Of a DNA stretch of 64,000 nt, positions 1 through 11,056 are shown in pieces. Source of the stretch: Candidatus Zhuqueibacterota bacterium. GTDB lineage: Bacteria; Electryoneota; RPQS01. Made by a program: the position numbers and the translations under genes. Location: contig JACRMR010000020.1 of assembly GCA_016214895.1 (NCBI GenBank), positions 41,812 to 105,811 of the forward strand. The letters are read 5' to 3'. Under the pieces are notes generated by a model, which was given only the letters and a program-made list of their open reading frames with translations, ran no database searches and had not been told where the DNA came from. Numbering within the stretch: position 1 is the stretch's first letter; each line of letters opens with the position of its first letter.

Positions 1-1911
1 GGGGCGATTATCGCGTGGGAAGACACGCGATCGGACGGCAACTGGCTGAAGTGCGACCTCTATGCGGCGCGCGTGAATGCGACGGGCAACTTTGTTTGGG
101 GCGGGGATTGCGGCATCCCGATCGCGGTGGCGGCGAACCAGCAGGTCGCGCCCGTCTTGCGCGTTGATGAGGGCAACGGCGTCTTCATCTTCTGGGATGA
201 TTATCGCTCCGGATCGCAGTCAATCCGTTATCAGAATCTCGACATCACCAACGGTCAGTTCACGATCCCGGATCATCCGGACGGACTGATTGTCATCTAC
301 GGACTCGACGGCGACGCGAATGCTCCGCTTTCCTTGCCCATGACCATGGGTCGTGTGGGGGTCGTTTGGCAGGACAACCGCGTGGTGGGCGGGGGAACGC
401 GTTTGTACTATCAGATCGTGGACACGACCGGGCACATTGAACGCGAGATGAACGGCGAGCCGTTGGTTCAGGATCCGGGTGAAAGTCCGAATCAACTGGG
501 CCATCAAATTTGCCCGGATGGGGATGCGGGCTTCTTTGTGACCTTCGAGGATTTGCGGTCCGGCGTCAAGCGGATCCGCCAGAAGCGTGTGGGAAGCGAC
601 GGGGTTCCGCGCTGCAGCCTGGAGGGCAACTTGGTCGCGTTGGCCCCGGGCATGAACGATCAGGATCATGCCTATTGCGCATCGGATGGCGCGGGTGGCA
701 GCTATGTGGTTTGGTCGGGTTCCGACGCGGCGTTCCTGATTGATGTGTACATGATGCGCATGAACGACAATTGCGAACCGCTGTGGCAAGCCCCGGTACG
801 GTTGAGTACGGCGGACGCCGACGATATCGTCGAGGGCGTGGTAACGAGTTCCGGTGGCTGCTGCATCGTGGTCTGGACCTCCGGTGGATTCGGGCAGCTC
901 AACGTCTCGGCCGCCCGCGTTTGTCAAGACGGCAGCGTGTCCTGGAATCGGGAAATCTGCTCGGCGAACGGTTCGCAATACGAGCCGACCTTGTTTGCGG
1001 ATGAGGAAGGCGGCGCCTATTTCGCGTGGTCGGATGCGCGCACCTTTGACATGGGCAAGGACATCTACGCGCAGCACGTGAACGCCGCGGGCGCTGACAG
1101 TTGGACCGCCAACGGGATTGTCGTGGCCACGATTGTGAACGACCAGAAGGAACCGACGATCGACATCGACTCCCAGCGCAATCTGTTTGTGGTCTGGGAA
1201 GACTACCGGACCGGCGACGTGCTCAATCTCGATCTGTATGGTCAGAAGATCACCCCGGCCGGGCAGCGGCTGTGGCCGACGGACGGCAAGCGGATCGCGG
1301 TCATTCGTGGCGACCAAACTGAAGCTCAGTTGGAGACCGAATGGAACGACGGCCTGTACGTATTCTGGACGGATTATCGTGGCCTGTATCAGGACGTGTA
1401 CGCCACGCACCTCGATCATGACGGCAATCTCACGACGGACTACTGGCAAGCGGACAGCGGGCGCGTGATCTGTGATTTCTACCAGGGGCAATTGAGTCCG
1501 ACCACCAGTGACGACGGTCACGGCGGCATTCTGGCGTTTTGGCAGGACTTGCGCGCGTCGGGCAAGGAACCGTTGATCAATATCTGGGGCCAGTGGGTCA
1601 ACGACTGCACGGTCGGTGTTACCGAGGTGCGGGGCCAGCCGGTTCCGGCGGTGTACACATTGGAACAGAACTACCCGAATCCGTTCAATCCGACGACAAG
1701 TATTCGCTTCTCAGTACCTCAGACCGAGCGGGTTGAGTTGACGGTCTTTAATCTGCAGGGGCAGCAGGTCTCGACCCTGGTCGATGAGGTGATGACCGCG
1801 GGCGTGTATGACGTGCAGTTCGGCTCCTCGCGGCTGGCGTCGGGAATCTACTTCTACCGGCTGCACACACCTACGTTCGAGAGCGTCAAGAAGATGACGC
1901 TGTTGAAATAA
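1..1911 (+). CDS. Secreted repeat (beta-propeller-like) protein with T9SS type A-like C-terminal sorting domain; 5' truncated by the window edge
   Basis: Frame 1 is open from base 1 (GAIIAWEDTRS...). Repeated DGxGG..W.D.R.....DIY.Q units. C-terminal LEQNYPNPFNPTT...LASGIYFYRL...KKMTLLK. Confidence 0.85.
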   Translation, partial: GAIIAWEDTRSDGNWLKCDLYAARVNATGNFVWGGDCGIPIAVAANQQVAPVLRVDEGNGVFIFWDDYRSGSQSIRYQNLDITNGQFTIPDHPDGLIVIYGLDGDANAPLSLPMTMGRVGVVWQDNRVVGGGTRLYYQIVDTTGHIEREMNGEPLVQDPGESPNQLGHQICPDGDAGFFVTFEDLRSGVKRIRQKRVGSDGVPRCSLEGNLVALAPGMNDQDHAYCASDGAGGSYVVWSGSDAAFLIDVYMMRMNDNCEPLWQAPVRLSTADADDIVEGVVTSSGGCCIVVWTSGGFGQLNVSAARVCQDGSVSWNREICSANGSQYEPTLFADEEGGAYFAWSDARTFDMGKDIYAQHVNAAGADSWTANGIVVATIVNDQKEPTIDIDSQRNLFVVWEDYRTGDVLNLDLYGQKITPAGQRLWPTDGKRIAVIRGDQTEAQLETEWNDGLYVFWTDYRGLYQDVYATHLDHDGNLTTDYWQADSGRVICDFYQGQLSPTTSDDGHGGILAFWQDLRASGKEPLINIWGQWVNDCTVGVTEVRGQPVPAVYTLEQNYPNPFNPTTSIRFSVPQTERVELTVFNLQGQQVSTLVDEVMTAGVYDVQFGSSRLASGIYFYRLHTPTFESVKKMTLLK

Positions 1912-1924
1912 CGAGTTTGGAATC

Positions 1925-1950
1925 GGGCGGCACTCGCGAGGGTGCCGCTC
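1925..1950 (+). terminator. GC-rich hairpin with GCGA tetraloop after gene 1
   Basis: GGGCGGCACTC-GCGA-GGGTGCCGCTC, 14 nt after the stop; no clear U tract. Confidence 0.45.
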
Positions 1951-2015
1951 TGTGAATCCGGGGGGCGGAGTATCATCGTCGTCGCCCGATTGTCTTGAAC
2001 CCCTACTGAATTGAT

Positions 2016-4358
2016 ATGCGTGGTCAGAACTACATAATTTTTGTGTTGGCCTTGCTGAGCATCAGCGCGGCCGGTTGGGCGCAGTGCCTCGACGATCGCT
2101 ATCACACGCTGGAGGAACTCTACGCGTTTGTGTTTGAGCTGCAGGCCCAGCATCCCGACTGGGTAAAGGTGGACTCGATCGGCCATTCCCGCGGTGACAT
2201 GGACGGCCGGCAGTGGCCGATCTATGCGGTGAAGATCTCGAACAACGTGCAGGTATTTGAAGACGAGCCGGTCTCGCTCATCATCATGCACATTCACGCG
2301 GAGGAGGTCATCGGGGTTGAGACGAGTATCGCCTACATGCAGCGGTTGGTGACCAATCAGGGGCGCGACTTGCGCATGTACACCCAGATGTACTTCGTGC
2401 CGACGATGAACCCGGACGGGCTGGCTGTGATCTCCGACTGCCGGGATAATACGTGGCGCAAGAATGGTTATCGTCCGCCGCAGCTCGGCAACCGCGATTG
2501 TGTGGTGGTCCCGGGCGTCGGCTCGGATTCGTGCGGCGTGGACTTGAATCGCAACTTCGAGTTCAACTGGATTTGGGGTGACACGCTGTGGCAGCCCGCG
2601 GCGAATGAGCCGTTTGATTATTATCGCGGGCCCGGTCCGTTTTCGGAACCGGAGGTGCAAGCGATCCGCGATCTTGCGTTGCAGATTCGGCCGACGACCT
2701 CCATCGTGTATCATTCGTCGCGATCGGGAGCCGTGGCCGAGCGCAGTATCATCGCCTGGCAATGGGGTGTCGATCCCGGTCCCTACAAATTTCCGCCGGA
2801 CTGCACGGCGCTGGGACAGTGGAACCGACGCTATGTCGAGCAGACGTTAGCCTATCCGGGCAACGACCACTTCACCTTTGTCTGGGGTGGCACGCACAAC
2901 GGCTGTTTGCAGGACTGGTTCTATTGGAGAATCGGGACGTTTCAGGCGCTGACCGAATCCAGCCCGAGCGACGGCGACATTCAGCCGGATTCCGTTCGCC
3001 TGGAGGCGACCATTTCGGCGATGATGCCATCGTTGGACTGGATGAACCGGCGCATGATGAACTTCGATCATGATCAGCCTGCGCCCTTGGCGATCCATAC
3101 GCGCGATGCCTCGACACTTCAGCCCATTTCGGCGGAGTGGCGAATTGCGAGTACGTGGACGCCGGTTCTGGCACCGCGCACGACCAACGAGCAATATGGC
3201 CGCATGACGATCCTCCCGCCCGCCGGGCCGATCACAATCATCGCGCGGAAGGACGGCTATGCCGACGCGACGGCCTCGACGACGATTCAGCCGGGTGGCG
3301 ACGTGCAGTATGTCACGCTGGATCTGCAACCGTTACCGCATCACAATCTCACCCTCCGCCTGGTGGACGCCGCGGGCGCGGGCACAGCGGGGACGGGCTT
3401 TCTGGACGGCAAGTTCCCGCGCTGGCTCAACATTCCCGCGGACGGACTGACCGTGAATCTCGCGGAGGGCGAGTACAGTTTGCGCGCGCGGGCCGATCTG
3501 GAGGGAACGGTGGTTGCCTGGCGCGACTTTGTACTGGGCGGTGACCGTACGTTTGAGATCGCGCTCCCCGCATCGCAAACGGTCTTCACGGAGAACTTCG
3601 ACGCGGGGACCTCCGGTTGGACCAGCGGCGGTGACGGCAATGAGTGGAGGGCCGAGCTTGACACGACGTCGATGAACTTCGGGACCTGTTTGCACACCAA
3701 TCGCGAGGGTTACCGAACGACGTACGCGCCGAACGCGAACTCGTGGATTCACACGGATCAGTCCATTCCGTTGGCGGGGGGCAACATTGCCTATCTCGAG
3801 TTCTATCGGCGCGGTCGGCTGGACGTGCCCGCGGATAGCTTTTTCGTCGAGGTTTCGACGGATGGCGGAACGTGGGAACGCGCGGCGGGATTCTGTGACA
3901 TGGAATTGGACTGGACGCGCACGTATGTAAATCTCAGCCGTTGGATTCCCAATCCTGTGCAGTTGCGGTTCCGCCTACAGGCCGACCATGCGCTGGGCGA
4001 GTTGGGCATGCACGTTGACAACATTCGAGTGTACACGGCTACGGATAGTGACGCGCCGATTCCGCCTGCCTTTGTCCCTTATCGATGGCAGATCAAGAAT
4101 GTCTATCCGAATCCGTTCAATCCGTCCACGACGATCACGTATGAGTTGGGCGGTCCCGGTCGTGCCGAAATCGTGATCTTCAATCTACTCGGCGAAGAAG
4201 TCCGGCGATTTGACATCATGCGGGCAATGGCCGGGGTCGGTGAGGTCAAGTGGGACGGCGCCAATAGCAGTGGGCTTGGGGTTCCCTCCGGGATCTACTT
4301 TGCGCGGTTGACCTCTGGCGGTCATCTCGCGACGCACAAGTTGCTGTTGATCAGATAA
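2016..4358 (+). CDS. M14 zinc carboxypeptidase with Ig-like/jelly-roll domains and FlgD/T9SS-A-like C-terminal domain
   Basis: Signal peptide; HAEE (HxxE zinc motif), VPTMNPDG, GVDLNRNF, YRGPGPFSEPE, third ligand in VYHS; C-terminal YPNPFNPSTT...SGIYFARL...KLLLIR. Confidence 0.88.
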   Translation: MRGQNYIIFVLALLSISAAGWAQCLDDRYHTLEELYAFVFELQAQHPDWVKVDSIGHSRGDMDGRQWPIYAVKISNNVQVFEDEPVSLIIMHIHAEEVIGVETSIAYMQRLVTNQGRDLRMYTQMYFVPTMNPDGLAVISDCRDNTWRKNGYRPPQLGNRDCVVVPGVGSDSCGVDLNRNFEFNWIWGDTLWQPAANEPFDYYRGPGPFSEPEVQAIRDLALQIRPTTSIVYHSSRSGAVAERSIIAWQWGVDPGPYKFPPDCTALGQWNRRYVEQTLAYPGNDHFTFVWGGTHNGCLQDWFYWRIGTFQALTESSPSDGDIQPDSVRLEATISAMMPSLDWMNRRMMNFDHDQPAPLAIHTRDASTLQPISAEWRIASTWTPVLAPRTTNEQYGRMTILPPAGPITIIARKDGYADATASTTIQPGGDVQYVTLDLQPLPHHNLTLRLVDAAGAGTAGTGFLDGKFPRWLNIPADGLTVNLAEGEYSLRARADLEGTVVAWRDFVLGGDRTFEIALPASQTVFTENFDAGTSGWTSGGDGNEWRAELDTTSMNFGTCLHTNREGYRTTYAPNANSWIHTDQSIPLAGGNIAYLEFYRRGRLDVPADSFFVEVSTDGGTWERAAGFCDMELDWTRTYVNLSRWIPNPVQLRFRLQADHALGELGMHVDNIRVYTATDSDAPIPPAFVPYRWQIKNVYPNPFNPSTTITYELGGPGRAEIVIFNLLGEEVRRFDIMRAMAGVGEVKWDGANSSGLGVPSGIYFARLTSGGHLATHKLLLIR

Positions 4359-4435
4359 CGCAACGGACCCGGCACCAAGCCACGGCCATTCAACTTTCGA
4401 CCCGCAACTTCATCAAACTAACGGCATAGGTCCCC

Positions 4436-5362
4436 ATGACGAAACCCCGAGAGCATCGCGACTTCCTTTCAATTCACGATCTCAGCCGTGAGGAAGTGAT
4501 TGAAACCCTTGCGCTTGCAAAGGAGTTAAAGCAATTAGAACGCGACCACGCGTACAGCCATGCGCTGCAAGGGCAGACGTGGGGTCTGATCTTTCACAAG
4601 CCCAGCCTCCGGACGCGGATCTCGTTTGAAGTCGGCATCAACCAGCTTGGCGGCTCCCCGATCTACATCACGGATGCCGAGATTCAGTTGGGTAAGCGCG
4701 AAACGATTTCGGACGCGGCACAGGTTTTGTCCCGTTATCTGGGCGGAATCGTGATTCGGACCTTCAGCCATGACGATGTTGAAAAGCTCGCACATTTCGC
4801 GGACATCCCGATCATCAACGGCCTCACGGATCACTCGCATCCGTGCCAGATCATGGCGGACATATTGACGGTTTACGAGCACCTCGGGCGCTACGAGGAT
4901 TTGAAGATCGTTTACCTTGGGGACGGCAACAATATCACGAACTCGTGGTTGGAGCTGGCCTGCCTGTTGGGCTTTGAATTCGTGGTGGCGACCTCGACGG
5001 ATACGTTGCCGGACATGGAGCTCTTCCAGCGCGCCCGCTCGGCGGGTCGTTCGCGGGTCACGCTCAGCCACGATCCGCTGGAGGCGGTGCGGGGTGCGCA
5101 CGTGTTGTACACGGACGTGTGGGCATCGATGGGGCAGAAAGAACAGGCCGAGTCCAAGGCGAAAGCGTTGCACGCATTTCAGATCAATCAGCAGTTGGTG
5201 GAGCGGTCGGACAAGCACTGCATCGTGCTGCACTGTTTACCGGCGGAGCGGGGCCGTGAGATCACGGACGAGGTGATGGACGGTCCGCATAGCCGGGTCT
5301 TTGATCAGGCCGAGAATCGCCTGCATGCGCAGAAGGCGATCATGGTGAAACTGAACGACTAA
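4436..5362 (+). CDS. argF: Ornithine carbamoyltransferase
   Basis: KPSLRTR, HPCQ, DVWASMG, LHCLP and FDQAENRLH motifs. Confidence 0.95.
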   Translation: MTKPREHRDFLSIHDLSREEVIETLALAKELKQLERDHAYSHALQGQTWGLIFHKPSLRTRISFEVGINQLGGSPIYITDAEIQLGKRETISDAAQVLSRYLGGIVIRTFSHDDVEKLAHFADIPIINGLTDHSHPCQIMADILTVYEHLGRYEDLKIVYLGDGNNITNSWLELACLLGFEFVVATSTDTLPDMELFQRARSAGRSRVTLSHDPLEAVRGAHVLYTDVWASMGQKEQAESKAKALHAFQINQQLVERSDKHCIVLHCLPAERGREITDEVMDGPHSRVFDQAENRLHAQKAIMVKLND

Positions 5363-5416
5363 TTCAGACAGGTCGCGGAGAAGCCTTCGGGTTCAAAGCG
5401 AATTGGAGAAACGACG

Positions 5417-5977
5417 ATGAAACCGCGTCTCATTCTGCTAACGGCGGTCGGGATGTTTGCGCTGCTTAGCAGCGGTTGCTACACGAAGTTTTACCGGCCC
5501 GGCATGGAGATGACCGGTCGCGGGCCGTACGACACGTTGTACGATCGTTACGATTCGACGGCGATTGACACGACACTGACGGCGCCGGTGATCACGGATG
5601 AGTATCCGCCGCGCAGCTACGACCATTACGATCAGTGGTCTTATTGGGGTCGCCCGCGTACGCGCTGGGGATTTGATTTCTATAACTACGACCCAAGCTA
5701 CTACCAGTCGTACTACGGATACTACGATTATTACGGAGTTCCGTGGTGGCGTAACTGGTACCGGGATCCGTGGTGGTATTATGGTGGCCAGCCGGGCGTG
5801 CCGGGCGCGCCGGAGCAGCCGCGGGAGCGCGGCCGTCGCGAGGCCGGCGGCGGGCCGGGCAGCATTGGAACGCCTCCGCCGCCGAGTTCGATCGCGACTC
5901 CGGCTCCGGCGAATCCGCCGCCGCAGCCGGCGAAGCCGAAGGACGATAATAAGCGCGAAGGAAAGCGGGGTCGATAA
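5417..5977 (+). CDS. Tyr/Trp-rich lipoprotein with Pro-rich basic tail
   Basis: GGAGA RBS; lipobox LSSGC; YYGYYDYYG/WW-rich centre; ends 4 nt before the OMP gene. Confidence 0.75.
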   Translation: MKPRLILLTAVGMFALLSSGCYTKFYRPGMEMTGRGPYDTLYDRYDSTAIDTTLTAPVITDEYPPRSYDHYDQWSYWGRPRTRWGFDFYNYDPSYYQSYYGYYDYYGVPWWRNWYRDPWWYYGGQPGVPGAPEQPRERGRREAGGGPGSIGTPPPPSSIATPAPANPPPQPAKPKDDNKREGKRGR

Positions 5978-5981
5978 CAGC

Positions 5982-7193
5982 ATGAAGTATTTCATCCTTG
6001 CACTGCTGGCCTGCGCTTCGATAGCGGTCGCGCAGGATCAGATTCCGGAGCGCTTGCTGCTCACGACGGGCCAATACCTCGGCCCCGGCGCGCGCGCCAT
6101 GGGCTTGGGCGGAACATACACAGGCATCGCGGATGATTATTCCGCGATCTGGTGGAATCCGGCGGGTCTGGCGCAGGTAAAGCGGATCGAGCTCCAAGGC
6201 TCGCTGTCCCGCACATCGTTCAAGAACGAGACGGATTACTTTGGCTCATCTCTCGACGGCTCGACGAGTTCACTCCGCCTGAATGACATGGGCGTGGTGT
6301 TTCCGGTTCCGGTTTACCAGGGCGCGATGAGCTTCGGGATCGGCTATTCGCAGGTGCTGGCCTTCGATCGGCGCACGCGGGTGGAATCGCCTGTTGACAG
6401 CAATGCCGACTGGGACGATTTCGACGAACTTGAGAGTGGGCGGCTCGGGCTCTGGAGTTTCGCGGGAGCGGTCGATGTATCGCCGAATCTCGCGCTCGGT
6501 CTTGGATTGAACTACTGGTCCGGCGGCGATGAATACACGCTCACCGGACATTACACGGACGCGGATTCGCGGATTTACAGCGAGCAGTCGATCACCACCG
6601 ATCTTTCCGGCATCGGTGCCAACGTCGGTGGTCTGTTCCGGATCGGGCGGACCGGGCGTGTCGGCGCGATGTTCCATTCACCGATTTCAATGTCGCTGAA
6701 GGAAGACTGGATCATCGAGGGTGCCAGCGGCTACGATAATTATCGCATGTCGTATCCGGCGGTGTTCCGCCTGGGCGGTTCGATCTCTCCCGGACGGTGG
6801 CTGGTGGCGGCGGATTTGGAGTATCGCGATTGGACCTCGCTCTCGTTTCGGAGCGACACGCCGTATCGGGATGTCAGCAAGGCCGAGGCCAATCAGCAGA
6901 TCAAGGATCAGTATAAGTCCACGACGCGGTTGTCGTTCGGCGGCGAATACTTATTTCCGGCTTACGGCCTGCGCGGCCGCGCCGGACTGAGTTTCGCACC
7001 GACCAATTATCGCGCGTCCGGCGGGGATGATGACAAGACGATTCTCACGTTGGGTCTTGGTATTCTGGTGGATCGCAGCGTGATGCTCGATGCGACCTAT
7101 CACTTCTCCAGCTATACCGAACAGGTCACGACGGGCCTGACCGAAGACATCAGGTCCAACGCCGCGTTGTTCACGCTCAGTTACCGGCTGTAG
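5982..7193 (+). CDS. Outer-membrane beta-barrel, OmpP1/FadL/PorV-like
   Basis: True start MKYFILALL (signal peptide) at 5982; GARAMGLGG...ADDYSAIWWNPAGL N-terminal motif; C-terminal TLSYRL barrel signal. Confidence 0.85.
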   Translation: MKYFILALLACASIAVAQDQIPERLLLTTGQYLGPGARAMGLGGTYTGIADDYSAIWWNPAGLAQVKRIELQGSLSRTSFKNETDYFGSSLDGSTSSLRLNDMGVVFPVPVYQGAMSFGIGYSQVLAFDRRTRVESPVDSNADWDDFDELESGRLGLWSFAGAVDVSPNLALGLGLNYWSGGDEYTLTGHYTDADSRIYSEQSITTDLSGIGANVGGLFRIGRTGRVGAMFHSPISMSLKEDWIIEGASGYDNYRMSYPAVFRLGGSISPGRWLVAADLEYRDWTSLSFRSDTPYRDVSKAEANQQIKDQYKSTTRLSFGGEYLFPAYGLRGRAGLSFAPTNYRASGGDDDKTILTLGLGILVDRSVMLDATYHFSSYTEQVTTGLTEDIRSNAALFTLSYRL

Positions 7194-7223
7194 AATCCAT
7201 TCCACCTCAAGCAGGAGTTGCGG

Positions 7224-7247
7224 GGGCGGTTCGGAGACGGACCGCCC
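7224..7247 (+). terminator. Hairpin after the OMP gene
   Basis: GGGCGGTTCG-GAGA-CGGACCGCCC. Confidence 0.45.
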
Positions 7248-7260
7248 TGCCATATCGCCC

Positions 7261-8277
7261 ATGCCTCCCGTTACCCTCGACACCACACCGTCACTTGCCC
7301 GCGTTCGTGAGCTGCCCACCGGTGAGAAGATCATCGGTTTTTATTTGCTCACGAAGCTCGAAGTAAAGCCAAAGAAATCCGGCGGCAACTATCTGGAACT
7401 CCGCTTGCAGGATTCGTCGGGGACGCTCGATGCGAAGAAGTGGGAGGAATTCGAGGAATTCGCGGCGGTCGCGAAGCCCGGCGATGTATTGAAAATCGAG
7501 GCGGTCGTGGATCGCTATCGCGAGATTCCGGGGTTGGTCATTTCCCGCCTGCGCCACGCGACCGGGGACGAGGCGCCGGATGGCAGTGTGTTCCTTCCCC
7601 ACTCGACTCTCTCCGAAACACAGGCGCAGCAGGAGTTGTTCCGTCACATCGAGTCGATCACACGACCGGACCTGCGCGCATTGCTGGAGGCGATCTTCGG
7701 CGACGCCGGATTCCTCGCGGCGTTCTTGCGCGCGCCGGGCGGCAAACTCTGGCATCACGCGACGATCGGCGGACTGGCGGAACACACGATCTCCATGTGC
7801 TATCTTGCGGACGCGCTGAGCACACTGTACTCCGACCTGAACCGCGACCTGCTGATCGCGGGGGCGATGTTGCATGATCTCGGCAAGGCCTTTGAACTCA
7901 AGACGGAAATTGCGATTGACTACACGGTCGAAGGGCGATTACTGGGTCACATCACGCAGGGCGTGCTGCACGTGGATCGGGCCATCTCCGCGATTCCCGA
8001 ATTCCCCGATGAACTTCGCCGCCAGCTCTTACACTTGATCCTCTCCCATCAAGGCGACGGCACGATGGGCTCGCCGGTCAAGCCGATGACGTTGGAGGCG
8101 CTCGTCCTCCACTACTGCGACGAGCTCGACAGCCGGATTAACGCGTTCCAGGGGGTGCGCTCGCACACACCCGAGGGCCGCGAGTTCAGCGATTATGTCA
8201 AGTTGATGGAGCGATTCTTCTACTTCCGCTCCGCGGACGAACCCAAACCGGATCCCGATGAGCAATCCCCTGTCTGA
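7261..8277 (+). CDS. yhaM: 3'-5' exoribonuclease, YhaM/Cbf1 family (OB-fold + HD domain)
   Basis: N-terminal YL.L.LQDSSG.LDAKKW OB-fold; HHA..GGLAEH, LHDLGK, GRLLGH, ILSHQG, HYCDELDS. Confidence 0.88.
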   Translation: MPPVTLDTTPSLARVRELPTGEKIIGFYLLTKLEVKPKKSGGNYLELRLQDSSGTLDAKKWEEFEEFAAVAKPGDVLKIEAVVDRYREIPGLVISRLRHATGDEAPDGSVFLPHSTLSETQAQQELFRHIESITRPDLRALLEAIFGDAGFLAAFLRAPGGKLWHHATIGGLAEHTISMCYLADALSTLYSDLNRDLLIAGAMLHDLGKAFELKTEIAIDYTVEGRLLGHITQGVLHVDRAISAIPEFPDELRRQLLHLILSHQGDGTMGSPVKPMTLEALVLHYCDELDSRINAFQGVRSHTPEGREFSDYVKLMERFFYFRSADEPKPDPDEQSPV

Positions 8278-8551
8278 TCCCCGCGAGTACACGGAGTGGA
8301 AGTCGCTGCCACCGTTGGACGGAGGGGTCTGGGTGGCGATGGTAACCGAGGTGCTGGACGACAACGGGATCCCGAATCTGGTCAAGACCGACCTGTCCGC
8401 GGGCGGGCTGGGCGTCGTCACGGGGACCACGACGCTGGGTAAGCTCTGGCGCGTGCAGGTCCCTGCCGAATACTACGAGCAGGCGCTTGACATCTATGAT
8501 TCACTGTTCGGCGATCACGGTGTCACGGAAGAAGGCCCGGAAATCAGTTGA
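8258..8551 (+). CDS. DUF2007-like small protein
   Basis: AMVTEVLDDNGIP...VQVP.EYYEQA pattern; overlaps the yhaM end. Confidence 0.65.
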   Translation: MSNPLSDPREYTEWKSLPPLDGGVWVAMVTEVLDDNGIPNLVKTDLSAGGLGVVTGTTTLGKLWRVQVPAEYYEQALDIYDSLFGDHGVTEEGPEIS

Positions 8552-8576
8552 TTTTGCTCAGGGGAATGCGTATATT
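8548..8576 (+). promoter_or_regulatory. Sigma70-like promoter for eno-ftsB
   Basis: TTGATT-17 nt-TATATT, 37 nt before the eno ATG. Confidence 0.6.
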
Positions 8577-8595
8577 CCCACGTAAATGCGCCTAA

Positions 8596-10244
<1,649 letters not shown>

Positions 10245-10263
10245 GCAGTGAACAAGTCCGATC

Positions 10264-10295
10264 GAAGTCCCGATTCCGGCCGGAGTCGGGACTTC
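10264..10295 (+). terminator. Hairpin after ftsB
   Basis: GAAGTCCCGATTCC-GGCC-GGAGTCGGGACTTC. Confidence 0.55.
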
Positions 10296-10316
10296 TCGCT
10301 CTAACCCGACATTCCC

Positions 10317-10982
10317 ATGGACACGCCAACGACACCCGGCCGTCGCTCGTTCTTCCGACGTAACTTCGCCACCGGCATGTTCGTGCTGGCACCGGTCGCG
10401 ATTACAGTGTATTTGGTCATCGTCGTCGTGCGCTTCATCGGTGGATTTCTTTCTCCGTACTTGCGCGGCATCGCCTCGACGGTGCTCGGTGAAAGCGTCA
10501 CTCCGTACGTCGTGAATGCGCTGACCGAGCTGGTGGCGTTTGCGCTGACCATCGGCCTGATCGCGATCTTCGGCGCGGTGGTGCGGCGCGTGTTAGGTCA
10601 GCGGCTGCTCGAAATGGTGGATTGGCTGCTCGGGCGCATTCCCGTGGTGCGCGATGTTTACGACGCGCTGCGCAAGTTCACGAAGATGCTCTCCGGCGAC
10701 CGCAGCGGGTTCCAGCGCGTGGTTGCAATTCGATTTCCGACGGATCGTACCTGGTCGATCGGCTTTGTTACGAACACGAGCGACTGGCAGGTTCCCGCGG
10801 GTCAATCCACCCGGATGTTGTCCGTGTTCGTGCCGACCTCGCCGGTTCCGACATCGGGATTTCTCGTAATGTCGCCCGCTGAAGAGGTTGTAGAATTGCC
10901 GATGAGCGTGGAGCAGGCGATTCGACTGGTGGTCTCGGGCGGCACCCTTAGCCCTGACCAGGTGGCCGTTCCGCCGTCGTGA
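10317..10982 (+). CDS. DUF502 membrane protein
   Basis: F.TG..VL.P..IT, RIPVV..VY, VFVPTSP.PTSGF, VVSGG. Confidence 0.88.
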   Translation: MDTPTTPGRRSFFRRNFATGMFVLAPVAITVYLVIVVVRFIGGFLSPYLRGIASTVLGESVTPYVVNALTELVAFALTIGLIAIFGAVVRRVLGQRLLEMVDWLLGRIPVVRDVYDALRKFTKMLSGDRSGFQRVVAIRFPTDRTWSIGFVTNTSDWQVPAGQSTRMLSVFVPTSPVPTSGFLVMSPAEEVVELPMSVEQAIRLVVSGGTLSPDQVAVPPS

Positions 10983-11002
10983 CGAGTACCGGCCGAAACA
11001 CG

Positions 11003-11030
11003 AAGCGGGTGGCCAAATGGTCACCCGCTT
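11003..11030. terminator. Hairpin between convergent genes
   Basis: AAGCGGGTGGCCA-AA-TGGTCACCCGCTT. Confidence 0.6.
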
Positions 11031-11056
11031 TCGCGTGGAATTGACGTCCGACTCGG

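Noticed and set aside
1937..1949. 13-bp match CGAGGGTGCCGCT with 56222-56234
   Set aside because: Short, GC-rich and in different hairpin contexts; likely chance.
5598..5981. N-terminal extension of the OMP ORF
   Set aside because: It overlaps the lipoprotein gene; the signal peptide begins at ATG 5982.
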